From NCBI RefSeq assembly GCF_001194135.2, contig NC_068984.1, positions 92,426,278 to 92,490,277 of the forward strand: DNA of 64,000 nt, written 5' to 3'. A program made the translations under genes and the position numbers. This DNA is from Octopus bimaculoides (taxonomy: Eukaryota). Below the pieces are notes generated by a model that saw only the letters and a program-made list of their open reading frames with translations, did no database searches and was not told the DNA's origin. Positions 11,759 through 25,588 of this stretch are shown piece after piece (position 1 is the stretch's first letter; every line of letters starts with the position of its first letter).

Positions 11759-12954
11759 TCAAGGATCGCAGAAAAAAGAAGCAATACGTGAAAAACTAAA
11801 AATTTTCAAAATGCTCTGAAAATAATTGTTTAACAATCTTCTTGATGTTGTGTATTCATCTTCATGTTCGCCATTAACACAAACATTACACACACACGCA
11901 CACACGTATACAATATGTATATACAACACATACATACTAACATACATATGTACATGCACACACACACATATATACACACATACGCATACATACATACATA
12001 CATACATACATACATACATAACACTTCAGCTAAACACATAGATACAATATATTTACTAGAAAACTAGTGATGCAACCAATTTTGAAAATTGGGAACATCC
12101 GATTGCAACCTTTCAAAATTTCTCAATTTACAATCGTTAAATTCCAGTTTACAAATGAGACAAGAGTACGGGACTCATATTTCGAAGAGCTGAATATCAT
12201 GAAGCGGGAAGGAAATTTAAAACGAATACGTGGTGGTGGTGGTGGTGGTGGTGGTGATAGTTGAAGTGAAAAGTTTTTTTATATCACCTATCACTTAACG
12301 CATGCGCACCCCAAACTTGCCATTCACTTTAGAAAGAAACCAGTTTCCCATTCGCCTGTCATATGCAATGACTATCACAAGGGCAGACATTTGATTAAGC
12401 GTGGCTGTTCTTGCCTGAAGCTGTATTCTCAAGAGCTCGCAAATTATCTGATTTGAGAATTAGTTATCAACATTGACAAACAAGGGAAAAGAAGAGGAAG
12501 AACTTACACGAAGAACATAGTCTGCAAAGAAGTATTGAATTAAATGATGTACGCAAATTGGAATGTGTATTGGCTCTTACCTATCACCTTGGTTATAAGT
12601 TACCAATGATGTAGTTTCCAGAGTATGCCATGCTGCATTAAATATTTACCCCAGTGGAATTATGGCTCCTATATTTTACATATAAAATAATTTTTTTGTA
12701 TAAAATTTAGTATTAAATTTTTGAAATTGTGACCATGTAAATTTTAAAATCTAATTCTTTCTGTTTATGGGGGAAACGGAAAAATAAGAGTGAATATTTA
12801 TTTTATGAGTGTTGTGTATTAAGTCTATAAAACTGTGCATAAATTATGTAAAGTATATATATAGGTTGAAAATATGTAAAGAAAGTTGAAGAAAAATGCC
12901 TTCGTTTCACATAGTTAAATATTTTTTTTATATAAACATATACATATTATATGG

Positions 12955-13740
12955 GTGTTGTAAAATCCAACCGGTTTTCGCTATTTAAATTAGCTTTTCA
13001 AGGGGCATTGTATAGTGATTAATTCACATGATGAAGGAGTTTCGCCATCTTGGCTGTTTGAAAAATAAGAAAGGGCTTAGAGAGTGAACCAAGGGAGATA
13101 ATGGGTGTCAAGGGGGATAACTGATTCCTTAGGATAGTTTTTAAGGTTGTCAGGTTTGAATATTGAGGTGTGGTTTATATTTTTGAATGAATAAGTTCTC
13201 TTTATTTAGTCGTTCTTGCACTGAAATTGAATCTTTGCACTGGTACAGGGGGAAGATAAGGAAATTGGGCGTTTTATCACCTGCGCATCTGTCAATATGT
13301 CCGCTCAGTGCAATTTGCCTGTACTGGGGGAAGCGAATCTGTTCCTTATGCAACGTGACTCTGCGTCTCAAAGAAAGGCTCGTTTGGACTACATAGTAAT
13401 GGCCACAACCTGAACAGGTTAGGACATAGATAATGTTGTGGGAGGCACATGTGAAGTTAGTTTTGATTGAGAATTTTTGTCTTTGCTGGAATGTGAATTC
13501 CGAGCTTTCACTTAGGTGAGGGCATGTACCACAATTGGGTCGACTGCATTTTTTAACTGTTGGTATTGTATATATTGAGTATAGTTTTGCATTTGTAAGG
13601 AGTCTCTTGAGTGATTTGTCTTGTCTTTTACATTTTAGTAATTTGTGTTTATTTAGGATGCTGTTCATTTTCGGGTCTTGAGTGAGTATAGGAAGATTTT
13701 GTATAATTGTGTTGTATGCTTCATTGTTTCTAGGGTTGTG
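12955..13740 (-). mobile_element. Penelope-like element (Neptune-type) 3' fragment: GIY-YIG endonuclease and downstream pLTR
   Basis: ORF 13150-13668: C.RPNC.TC linker, FTCASHNIIYVLTC..C..YYV.QT..L..R...H, and a C-terminal E..FI.KY.P.LN. Confidence 0.9.
12961..13000 (-). ncRNA. Degenerate hammerhead motif in the pLTR of the Neptune-like fragment
   Basis: Minus strand: ccccUUGAAAA-GCUA(auuuaaa)UAGC-GAAA-ACCGGU-ugga. Stem II and palindromic stem III are present; the CUGANGA core is mutated. Confidence 0.45.
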
Positions 13741-14349
13741 AGTTGATATGTATAGGAGTTCATAATTTTACCACGTGTTGTTTACTGAATCTCCAGTATT
13801 TTTGCTTCTTATATATATATATATNNNNNNNNNNNNNNNNNNNNNNNNNNNNNNNNNNNNNNNNNNNNNNNNNNNNNNNNNNNNNNNNNNNNNNNNNNNN
13901 NNNNNNNNNNNNNNNNNNNNNNNNNNNNNNNNNNNNNNNNNNNNNNNNNNNNNNNNNNNNNNNNNNNNNNNNNNNNNNNNNNNNNNNNNNNNNNNNNNNN
14001 NNNNNNNNNNNNNNNNNNNNNNNNNNNNNNNNNNNNNNNNNNNNNNNNNNNNNNNNNNNNNNNNNNNNNNNNNNNNNNNNNNNNNNNNNNNNNNNNNNNN
14101 NNNNNNNNNNNNNNNNNNNNNNNNNNNNNNNNNNNNNNNNNNNNNNNNNNNNNNNNNNNNNNNNNNNNNNNNNNATATATATATATATATATATAAAGTG
14201 TATTAAGTAATCATCGTATTCCATTATCTTTCATTTTTCTATGAATAGCAGATGAGCGACTATATTTTCATACAGACGCAACACAGGCTACGATTTCACG
14301 TTTTTGGGATAAAGTTTTCAGGAATAATCCAATAGGTTTACTATTAATT

Positions 14350-14377
14350 CCGTGAAATATTCACGGGTCCCGCTAGT
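14350..14377 (+). mobile_element. Helitron-type 3' terminus
   Basis: 7-bp hairpin ccgtgaa/ttcacgg, 6-nt spacer, then CTAG|T. Confidence 0.6.
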
Positions 14378-15559
14378 AATTTAAAGAATATAAAAAGAAA
14401 TATGTAGTATTTTAGATTTTGAAATTACAGAAATCTGGTTCTGAAAACGAAGAGAAGACTAAACTTTATTTATTTATTCAAATGTGTCCACATTTATTGT
14501 TTTCCGTTTCAAATGTGTATGTATGTGGATGAACGAATTGCAGTAATGTCTGTTAAATGAATTCAAGATGGATAATAATGAACGAATTCAGAGACAAATT
14601 ACAATAGACCGCAAGGAAACATTTACTACAGCTGCAGAAATTTGGTCAAGCAAACTGGTAAGACGTTTCAATTGTCAAAACATTATATATATTTAAATGT
14701 TCATCAAAATGTATAATAGAGATTAAAGGAAAACCTAAAATACAGTATCACAATAATTCTGGTTACTTTTATTCAAAGGTTGGTAGAACGTTATGCATAA
14801 CGTCAAGGAAATCTGTTCAAACTGAAAACTGCAAATTGAAATCATAATTGTTTTCACGTCAAGGTCCCAGGTCGCTCGTTGCAAAACTCTCCTCCCTGGA
14901 GGCTTAACGTGCCAGAACTTCCCATTTTATAACTTACGAACAGACGTTAAAGATGTGGGCGGTCCAAGTAAAACTAAATGGATCTGATCATCACGCGGTG
15001 AACCAAAATGGGCAGTCAAAAGTAAAAAAAGCTACAATGTGAGCAGCTAAAGTTCACAAGCTCTCGTGCTACCGCTACATTTACTCTCTCACCAGAGAAT
15101 CGACTGTGAGGACGATAAACAAAAAGCAGAATAAAAATGTAATCAGGAAAAGAAATACAACAAATGTTACAAAAATGTACATGCAAATAGAAAAAGCATG
15201 AGAAAAAGGTGTACAAAAAAATGAACAATAAATAATGTGATAATACAGCGAAAAGCTTATATTGATAGCTGAAAATGTTAATAACAGTTCAAAATAAAGC
15301 CTTTAGAAAATTGCTGTTATCTCTAACATCAGCAATAATCAAGAAAGCATGTAACCAAAGCAATGACAGTAAATTGAGTGTAACAAATAGTCATAGATTT
15401 TTGAAATTCCAAAATGTACTGTATAGAACAATATCAGTGTTTCAGAAGTGAACATTCTTTATACAATGTCGAACCAGTGGTAAAAATGTTAAACTGAACA
15501 ATGTTTAAGAGTACCAAAAAAATAATAAATAATATGTATGTACTAATTTGGCAAACCAA

Positions 15560-18150
15560 TGAACTTTTCTTATACTTTTTATAACACGAGTTGAAAGTGA
15601 TGTAGTTGGAAGTGCAGAATATGTAGTTGTTGTGTTAGTGCGTGGAGTAATTGGTTGTTGTACAGTGATGGAGTAAACTGCTGTTGTTCAGTAGATGAAT
15701 CAATAGATGATCTTTTAATGCGATCAATATTCACAGTTTGTTGTTTACCATTAACATCTAACACCATAAATTTAGGTTTTACTTTAAGAACTCGCCATGG
15801 GCCACATTAAGAAGGTTGAAGAGGTTGTTTAGCGAAATCGTAGCGAATAAAAACATGAGTCCATGAACGAATATCAGGAGGCACAAAAGACTTGATTGAA
15901 TGTACTCTAGTAATCAAAGGAGGTAATTCTTTGATGTAATTTTGCAAATGATGTACATAATCAGCCGGATCAGAAATTTGTTCAGAATTAGTAGGTGCGA
16001 TCATCTGCCCAGAAAAGCCAAGTGTGGATCCGTAGAGAAGTTCCGCCGGAGAAAAATCTAGATCTTCCTTAACAACAGAAGGAAGACCTAAGAGAATAAT
16101 TTGTAATGTTTCCAATCATCTGTTTGACTGAGGGTAAGCACGTAAAGCAGATTTTAGCTGACGATAGAATCTTTCTATCATTCCATCAGCCATAGGATGA
16201 TAAGCAGTGACATGAATTTGTTGTGAACCTAGTAACTTTGAGAGCTCGGCAAAAATATTTGACCCAAACTGTCGACCAGGATCAGTAGTCATGATCAAAG
16301 GGACTCCGAATCGCGAGAACTAGTCAGCTACGAGAGACTTCGCGATGGTAAGAGCTGAAATATCTTTGATCAGAATGGCTTCAGGTCAACTCGAAAAACG
16401 ATCGATGCAGGTCAGCAAATATTGATAATCTTGTACTGGTGGCAAAGGAGCGACGATATCAATATGACTGTGCTTAAAGCGTGCATCTGGGATGGAAAGA
16501 GTACCTAAAGGTGCCCGAATATGACGCTGCACCTTGGACTTCTGAAATACCGGGGTGCGACAAATTATGGAGCGCCGAAAATTCAGTTTGTCTGTGCTCC
16601 TTAGGAACATAAGGTCACGATATACTGGTAGACACGTCACACAGATAGGTGAATCTGAAGAAAATAATGGTAACTGCCGGAGGTTCAAAGAGTGAGAATT
16701 CGATGACTTAAGAAACGAAAATTCCTGATCATTATGTTGAGCCAAAACTAATTGTTGAAAATCAATTGAATCAGAAGTGTGCAAAGTGTTAATATGAACG
16801 CGAGATAAGGCGTAAGCTGCAGCATTATCAACACCTTTGCTGTATTGAATGTCTAAGTTATACTGAGAAATAAAATCCAAATGTCGTAAATCTCGGGGAG
16901 AATATTTATTAGATTCTGATTTCAAAGAAAATTTTAATGGTCTGTGATCTGTAAAAAGTGTCAGAAATGTTTAGCAACAAGATAAGCTGATAACAATTCT
17001 CGTCTGAAGGGGAAACATCTAGACTCGGTAGGCTTGAATCGGCGAGAAAAAAATGCAAGTGATTGTCAGTTACCACTGACCAAGTGTTGAACAACTGCAC
17101 CTACCCCGACATCATATGCATCAACCACCACTGACAAAGGTACCTCAAGAATGGGGGTGTGATATCAGTGTTTCTTTGGATAACTGATTTTTGATATTTT
17201 TAAATGCTTGCAGTTGAGAAGAATCTAGTGGTATAGCTCGTTCTTCTTACGATTTTTCAAGAGTTCAGTAAGAGGACAGATAGTTTCCGTACAATGAGGA
17301 ATGAATCTCCTGTAGAAATTCACGAGACCAAGACATTCGTGTAACTTCCGTAATGAAGTAGGAGCAGGTAAATAGCTTCAATACGAATCCGAATAGCTTC
17401 AATTTTATCAGGTAATGTCAATCGAATGTAAGTGAAGGAACGCCAAACACATTTACTAGCCTTAATAATTACACCATATTTCGTCAAACGAGTAAAACGT
17501 TGCTGCAAGTGTGATAAATGTTCTTCTTCAGTAGAACTAGCTATCAAAAGATCGTTGATGTAAGTGAAGACAAAATTTAACCCACGTGTGACTTCATCCA
17601 TGAAGCATTGGAAAGTGCTGGTAGCGTTTCTTAAACCAACTGGTATATGCACAAATTCAAAAAGGCCAAAAGGTGTGGTTATGGCAGTTTTAGGAATGTC
17701 AGACGGTTCAACTGGAATTTGGTTTTAAGCTCGCACTAAATCGATTTTAGAAAAGATAGATCAACCGTGCAAAGAAGCTGAAAAATCATGTAAATTGGGT
17801 ATCGGATAATAATCCGGAACTGTCATGACATTTAAACGACGAAATTACCACAAGACCGTCAGTCTGAAGAATTTTTCTTGGAGACAAATATTCCTAAATC
17901 AAGCATGTGACGAAACTCATCTTTAACAACTCTGAGTTTATCTAGAGCAAGTTGCCGAGGAGCAGAAACCACAGGAGGACCTTTAGTAAGAATATATTGG
18001 GTTACAGAGTGCACTGGTGGTTTATTTTGAAAAACAGTTTGGATCAACTCTGGAAATTTTGATAGCAACTCATGAAAAACATTGGAAGGAGATAGAATTA
18101 AAAAATAGAGAACTAACAGTAGCAATTCTTGCAAACGCACCTTGAGTAGA
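15560..18150 (-). mobile_element. Decayed Ty3/Gypsy pol (RT-RNaseH-integrase)
   Basis: PPV...PR.L..DKL...K.EF..MLDLGI, PVGLRNATSTFQ.FMD..TRGL.FVFTYINDLLIAS, RH LDFISQY..DI.Y.KG.DN..A.ALSR, HIDIV.PLP, TTD.G.QF, AYHP.ADG.IERFYRQLK, in Gypsy domain order. Confidence 0.95.
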
Positions 18151-18459
18151 AAGAAGAGTTTGTACCACTACACAAAGAATGAAATAAATCCGATAAATTT
18201 TAGATGTGTGCTCCTAATTACGATTCCAGAGATACTATCGAATAGACAAGAGTCACCTGGCTTTGCTGCAGCATGCATTAAAGCCTTAGTGGATATTCAG
18301 TTGAGACAGAAAATAAGAATAAACGTAACTATATACTGTGTTACATGTGCTAGCGAAGGTTATAATTGTAAACTAAAAAATATGCATGAATAAGATTACA
18401 TACAGTACGAAGAATACAGCTACATACACGCGCGCACGCATAAACACAAACACACACTC

Positions 18460-18466
18460 ATACACA

Positions 18467-18515
<49 letters not shown>
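18460..18515. repeat. (TG)n microsatellite
   Basis: Directly visible. Confidence 0.95.
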
Positions 18516-18517
<2 letters not shown>

Positions 18518-19587
18518 CGAACAGCAACCAACTTTCTGGGGAAGGATTCGAAATCAAACCCATATATTTCTACAAGTCAACAGCCTATTGTTTTAGCCTG
18601 TTGCACCAAGAAATTTATGAGAATAAACTGACCTCTTGATTTTTTTCGAGGCATTCATCGGTCAAAGCTGACTAGAGAAGAAAAATTCCTTGTTTTCGCT
18701 TGACCTAATTCAATTATGAAGAATATAAATACGAAAAGCAAATCGCTTTCTTTCTCTCTTTGGGTCGATCCGTCTCTGACCAAAGAGCAACTTTTTCAGT
18801 CAACGCGCGAAAATAGATTTATCACCTTCTCTACTTGACTTTATTACTATTTCTTTCTCACGTAGTCACAGAGATGAAACTATCAGCAAATGGACTGGAG
18901 ATCTGCAAAGAACTTATGTGTACACAAACAACTATAAAAAGTTATATTTTCAATATTGTAACGACATAATAATCATATTAATAAATGGCCATCTTAATAA
19001 ACAATTAATATTCCTCTTCACTCAATCATTTCTGCTATGCAATTTGCCCGTTACACATAGTCATCATAATTGATGACACCGACTTGCAAGCATAATCGTT
19101 AAACATAACTGTTATAAATGGTGACTTACCGACTGAAAATAGCAGCCTTCTACCCTCACTTACAAGAAGTGTACACCTTTTGAACCAATTACGCAAAAAT
19201 CGTTACATTCGACTTGAAAGAATTACTGCCTTAAGAAATTACCAAATGTTGCATTCCTGCCTATGACTAGAGAAGGTCGAACGACACCAAACCAAAGTTT
19301 GAAGTAAATATATCAGCAAAATATTTCTATAACATTTCCGGAGAATCCGAAGTCTTTCAACAGTTAAATTGTGCCTTTAAAAACCAATATGCGCCCTTTT
19401 CAGCTTGAAATGCACGATCCTTACCAAGATACGATACGTGAACCAGTAAAGAAACGTAAAAATCGCAGTCCCGTATCAAGATTCCGCAGTCCCATTTTCA
19501 ACAGACAACACGCGTCTTAATCTACGAAATCTATGCAACCGACTGCGATGAACTACGCTGAATAACCACATAATTTACTGCTGTCCA

Positions 19588-19690
19588 CGCATGTACCCCC
19601 ATTTCAGCATGTCATCCGATAATTACTCCGGCAGGAACTATTCGGATAGAATGGGGCATGCCAAAGCTAGGTCGAAACAGCTGTAAGATT
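19588..19690 (+). ncRNA. 3' half of an extended-stem-II hammerhead motif (same family as 55638-55775)
   Basis: gcatgtacccccattt...aatggggcatgc hairpin, then ctaggtc-GAAA-CAGCTG-TA-agatt. No intact CUGANGA found upstream. Confidence 0.5.
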
Positions 19691-19889
19691 AAGTTTATGT
19701 TTATTCGCTAATTCCTTATGTACTTTTATTTGTAAACCCGGTTGTCAATATAACATGGTTTGTCATAAACACTTGTACTTTGTGGTTTTTTGTCACTTTA
19801 GTTACGAATTAAGTTAATGAATTCAACGGGATACACTGTCTGCAAGTCGTTGGGTTCAGCATATTATCCTCCATTTTCTAATTGATATA

Positions 19890-20125
19890 TATATGGTGGT
19901 TGTCTACTCTTCGTGCAGAGTTTGACTACCTCCTGTACCTACACCTTAGACCCATCATGACATTTGATGAGGCTTTTTAAACTAGACAATGTTTTGAAAA
20001 GACACACACATAGATTGCATATCCGACTTGGACTACCAAGAGCTGCAGATAAGTTCTGATCTTTCTGATCTTAAAATGTCTTTTGAGGCCTCCGTTAGAT
20101 TTGCAAACCTTCTGGCATACAGAAA
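19890..20125 (-). mobile_element. Probable LINE 3' end with C2H2-like tail
   Basis: [18 protein letters not shown] resembles the C..C.S..GL..H tails of RTE-type ORFs; short fragment only. Confidence 0.4.
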
Positions 20126-20140
20126 TGTATGTATGCATGT

Positions 20141-20187
<47 letters not shown>

Positions 20188-20445
20188 TATGTATATAAAT
20201 ATATGTATATACATATATATATGTATATATATAATATATATATATGTATATATATATATACATATATGTATATATATATATACATATGTATATATATATA
20301 CATATATATATATGTATATTCCTATATATATTATATAATATATATACATATATATATATATATCTATTTATATATCATATATATGTATATACCTATATAT
20401 ATAATATATATCTTATATACACATATACATATATATATATTTATA

Positions 20446-20510
<65 letters not shown>
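20125..20510. repeat. Compound (ATAG)n + (AT)n microsatellite array
   Basis: Directly visible. Confidence 0.97.
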
Positions 20511-20512
<2 letters not shown>

Positions 20513-20674
20513 GACACAAAACAGCCATGTCGAAGTGACAACAGACATTACTTTTCAATATTGTTACTACTTACATCACTTATAGAAGTTTTAGAACTTG
20601 CTACTTTGCCTGATGTAAAATCGCTTGTTATTCTACATATTGCGGGCAAAGACGAACAGCTTCTACGTCTAGCA

Positions 20675-20730
20675 GACAAGTGTCGTGTACTGATGAAGGG
20701 AAATACCCTGAAACCAGACTGGTCTTGTCA
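20675..20730 (+). ncRNA. Type I hammerhead motif with GUC cleavage triplet
   Basis: CTGATGA (20690) - AGGG aaata CCCT - GAAA - CCAG a CTGG - TC - ttgtc. The potential stem I partner gacaa lies 10 nt upstream of the core. Confidence 0.6.
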
Positions 20731-22264
20731 CCGCTAGATAGCAGAGTTCGCTCCCCTACTCGCAATATATCGGATACAGGTTGTGTCGTTAACCAGCTGA
20801 AGATGTCCTCCTGGGGTTAAAAAAAAATGGTAGTAACATAGTTCCGTACAGCACAGTCATGTTGAATGGGCAACAAACATTACGAGCTTCGCATCCATAA
20901 AGCTCTGACAAGACCAAATATTACAGGCTTCGCATCTATAAAGCTCTGACGAAACATGTGTAAAGGTAAGCGCTACACACACACACACTATTGAGTATCT
21001 TCTCCAGTGCTGCTTTCCAACATGAACGAAACTCTGTTGCCGAACATTCTAACCTGGGTCGCCGACTTTGGATATCATTTTACACCCTTTCACAAGCTAC
21101 ATACTTAACTCCAACAACCAACTTTGTTGGTCACTCTCTCATTTCGCAGTTTGCTTCGACAGACTTCAACCACGTCCCTGCTGTATTCTTGGGATATTCT
21201 TTTATTTGTAAAATTACTTTACATCTGATGATTACGGTTTTTGCAATGGAGTAATATTCTCATTCTTCTATTTAAAAGATGCGTAAGAAACTGTTGTAAT
21301 GAGTTGACAATTATCCATTGTATGTTATTATTCATTTAATTATAATATACCAAGGGGATTTACAACTTGTCAGACACCCTAGAGTAAACCAACAACGTAC
21401 AATTCAACGTAACGCATGCTTTGGACCAGCCCCTAGGTGCTAAATACTCATAGGGTTGGTTTTCTCTGAGTACACAACGGGAATATCCTATCTGATACTT
21501 ACCAACCATAGGGCAGACCCACAGGTTTATCCAGCCCTATCTGATGCATATATTTTCAATTACCTGCATCTGTGTGTATATGTCTCCCGAAGAGCCATTG
21601 CCGAAAGAAAGTATATTTAGTAGAACTAAAGATAATGGAATAAATATCATATATACGTAGATTTGTATGTATATATGTATGCATGCATGTATGGATGCAT
21701 GTATATATATATATACATACATATATAATACATTTAGAATAATACATTTCATTAATTTCATTTTTATTCTGTGAATCGGACCACTTTTATATATATATAT
21801 TTATACATCTTCGATATATTTTAATATATTTATGTATCAATGTTCACATCTGAATATTTTTAAATGTATCAATTACCCTATATATTTTTAATGTATTTAT
21901 ATATTTGTATATTTTTAATATATCTATGTATTTTAATATATTCTATGTAATAAATAAGTATGTGCTTCTGGTGAGTTTTGATGAAATCGTGTTGGACTAT
22001 TTTTTGAGGACTGAATTATCTGGTGTTACTTTCACTTATATATTTATTTTTTGTCTCAAGTCTGAATTTCTAAGTGCAACCTTCAATCTAATAGAAAATA
22101 GGAGTTTATCTCGTATTCTTTCTAATATATATATATATATTTACACACAGACATGCACATACACACGCACACAGACACACATACATACATACATACATAT
22201 ACACACACACACACGTATCCACATATGCGCAGACATTCTTATTTAAGTGTCCCCAACATTGCTT

Positions 22265-22440
22265 GATATCAATTTTGATGTGTTTACGCCCCCATAACTT
22301 AGCGGTTTGGCATAAGAGACCGATAGAATAAGTACTAGGCTTACAAAGAATAAGTCCTGGGGTCGATTTGCTCGACTAAAGGTAGTGCTCCAGCATGGCC
22401 ACAGTCAAAATGACTGAAACGAATAAAAGAATAAAAGAAA
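22265..22440 (+). mobile_element. 3' half of the abundant tRNA-derived SINE family
   Basis: gtgtttacgcccccataacttagcgg...gactgaaac + (aataaaag)n tail; homologous to 55090-55250. Confidence 0.85.
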
Positions 22441-25400
22441 TAGTCAAATATTTAATTTATTTACTTACTTTACATTTGTAAAACATTTTAATAAGTAAAA
22501 AAGTTTTAACTACTAATGTAACAAAATATTATGGCAGTTATCACTTTATTTTCATATATTAATTTAAAATTTATTTAGTCAAGCTCAGCAATAGTGAAAT
22601 AATTTGGGTAAAAGATGGTTGACCCTTACTGAATGGCTTGACTTATTTGAATATTTTATTTAATTGGTAACCCATTCAAATTTTATTTCAGCTGCAATAT
22701 TTCTTTTATTTTATTTTATTTTATTTTGGGCTTACTTCTTGTCCTGTATTTTTTCAGGTTTATTAAATACTTAAGAATATTGTTATCGCTTGCTCACATT
22801 TTTCATTGTAGTCCACTTTTTTTGACAAGTCATGCAGAAAAATTAATAATTCTTATTCTAATAATAAATTTAGCTTACTTTTTCATTTTATTTCATTTCC
22901 TATTGATCAATTGATGCCTATTCATTTTTGTTAGAAATTCTTAGAAATAATTTTTTTAAAAAAGAGAGCAATAATAAAAAAATATAAAGCACTAACTGTG
23001 AGCAATGAGGAATCAAATGAATTAGGAGAGAAGGTCAAATAAAAAAAAAAAAACAATTATAGGCTGGATTTTCTGTTTGCCTTGTATTGACAAGTTGTCT
23101 TTTAAGTATCTTTGTAATTACAAGGCATATATTTACAACTGGCAATTATTGAAAGCTGCATAACTTTTTTCTCTTTAATATATTTTTATGGGGGTAAAAA
23201 GAAAAGATACATCCGGTGGAGATCTTTCATTTGAACACAAATAAAGTATAGTTTGCTTTTCAAAAAGCTGAGATATTTTGAGTTAAAGTCAATCTTATAG
23301 CTACTTAAAGCTGCATAACTAAACTCACCACGTGTTCAATAGTAGTATTTATAGTTTGCCCACAGTAAAAAGTGCATCAAAATCATACCACCTATGCTTT
23401 AAGCAGTCTCGTGACCACAAAGAATTGTCTTTTTCATTTTCGCTTGCAAAACCAGAGAGCAATGTTCAAATTTGCATCTTTTATACAACAATCCTTTTAT
23501 GCACTCTATCTCATCCTATTGATTTCTTTTTTTTTTTTGAAAGATATTTGCCTTTACTTCATTAATTTTCTCGGTCTCTATATTTTCTGTAAGATATTTG
23601 CCTTTATGTAATTAATTTCTCTGGTCTTTTTATTATTTTTTTTTCACTTTTTGAAACATGTTCACCTTTAGTTTGTTGACTTTCCAGATCAGCTAACATT
23701 TATTTAATGGCTGTTATTACTGTTCAGTAGAACACTTGCTCTTCCAGTTACTCATTTTATTTCATTAAAAGATCTATTTTCCGGTTCAGGTTTTTTCCTA
23801 TCACATTCCTGCAACTGCTGTGTATACTTTTCTTTGACTTCATGGTAAGATTTGGTCATCTCTATAAAGTTTTGACAAACATGTTGCAATTCTGACTCAA
23901 CACATCTTTTATCTTGCAGACATCTTTCTGTATTGACTTCTCTTTCAGAACATTCCATTTCTTTACACTGCGCAGGCACCATCCTTCGAGCCAGTTGCTA
24001 AACTGGGTAATGATCTCCTGTGTCAGCATGGCGCTTCACACAACAATGGAGCAGTGGTTCCGATTTTGGTGGGATCACTGTCATCCATAACGCTTTCACT
24101 TCACCACCAGCAATAGTCTGCTTTACCACCTTGACAAAGAACTAATCTTCCTTTCACCCAAAACTTCATGGAGCAGAAGTCCATCGGACAATCCACAGAT
24201 AGCAAATAGTCCAGACTTAAGCGACAAGGATACTCCATCTCCACTACATAGACTGGAAGCACAACATTTTGTCCTGCAACTTCAATCAGGACATCAACCG
24301 ATCCTCTCAGTTCAGTACAGTGCCCAGTAACACCACACAACTGCCATGATGACTCAGTTGCTGTAACATCTCAGGCCTCACAAAAGTTTGCTCTGAGGTC
24401 AAATCAATCACACGGCAACATTTCTGGCCATCAATTCTACTATCCACTTGTATGTTGTCACTTACAGTCCTTTTACATCTTCTCGGGGTTGGGGCTTCTT
24501 TGGAATATTCGGCTGGCAGTTACATCTTAACACCAGCCCCTTCTAGTTTTCTAACTCTCCTTTGTCTTCCGTTACCTTCTTTCGTGTAAGGCAGTCAAAA
24601 CTGAGATGTCCCTTTTCACCACATATCCAGCACTTTCTCTTAAGTGTGAACTTTTTACTATCGTTCTGCCTTTGTTCTCTCTTCAAGCTGTAACAATCTT
24701 GCATTGTGTCCTGGCTTCCAACAGTGCCAACAATTTATTTCAAACAATCTCTTGTTCTTTCTTCTTCAAACAGCTTTCTCTTTTATGTCCAACTTTCTCA
24801 CAAAACCAATAACTTTCATTAACTCTTCCTGTTTCACATACTTGCTCCTTCCTTGCTTTGAATCCAGAACTGTAGTCCACTTTGAATCTTCCTGTATTAG
24901 ACTTTACATGACTAAAATTCCAGAACTCTAGCCAATGCCTCTTGCATAGTATTCGGCTGTGCTTGTTTCACTTGAACTTTGAACTCTGCACTGCCCAAAG
25001 CAACAATAAACTGCTCTTTCAGAAGAAGAGCCAAAAGTTCCTGGGCAAGCTGTTGTAGTGATTCTCCTCTAGCCTATACATGGGTTTGAAATCATACCCT
25101 GTATACTTCACTCAAGCCCAGAGTACCATTTCAACTCATTTTTCAAAATTCTCAACTCATTCTCAAAATTTAGCATATGTCCTCCACCATTTCCATGCAT
25201 TTTCTGCACATCAACTTGAGGCTCAGTAACATAAAACTGTTCTACAGCCTTCATTCTCTCATTAAACATTTTCAGCTGTTTGCTTAACTGTTCTTTGCAT
25301 CTTGTAATATCATCAGCCACTTCACATCTGTACTGCTCTAATTCTTCATGTACTTTTCCATGTAACTGTTGTTGTTCTTCTACCATTCTTTTCACAAGTG

Positions 25401-25570
25401 TGTCCAGCTGTCCCTGAAGATGCATGTGCTGCACTTTCTGCTCTTTCTTCAACTCAGTTTATCATTTTGGCTTTGTAATGCTTCCATGATTGCAGTCAGA
25501 GAAACCTCTTCCTTCTGCACACTCCTTCCAGCTCCATAATGAATAATTAGTTAAGTGCAGCAATAAATAT

Positions 25571-25588
25571 ATCCCACTTCTGACACCA
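25571..25588 (-). promoter_or_regulatory. Primer-binding site TGGTGTCAGAAGTGGGAT (tRNA-Leu-like)
   Basis: 18-nt TGG-starting motif 2 nt after an ...AACA LTR-like end. Complementary to the 3' end of tRNA-Leu(CAG)-type tRNAs (from recalled sequence). Confidence 0.8.

Noticed and set aside
21590-21620. ccgaagagccattgccgaaa, a weak hammerhead resemblance
   Set aside because: Core mutated, stem II only 2 bp, no convincing stem I or III.
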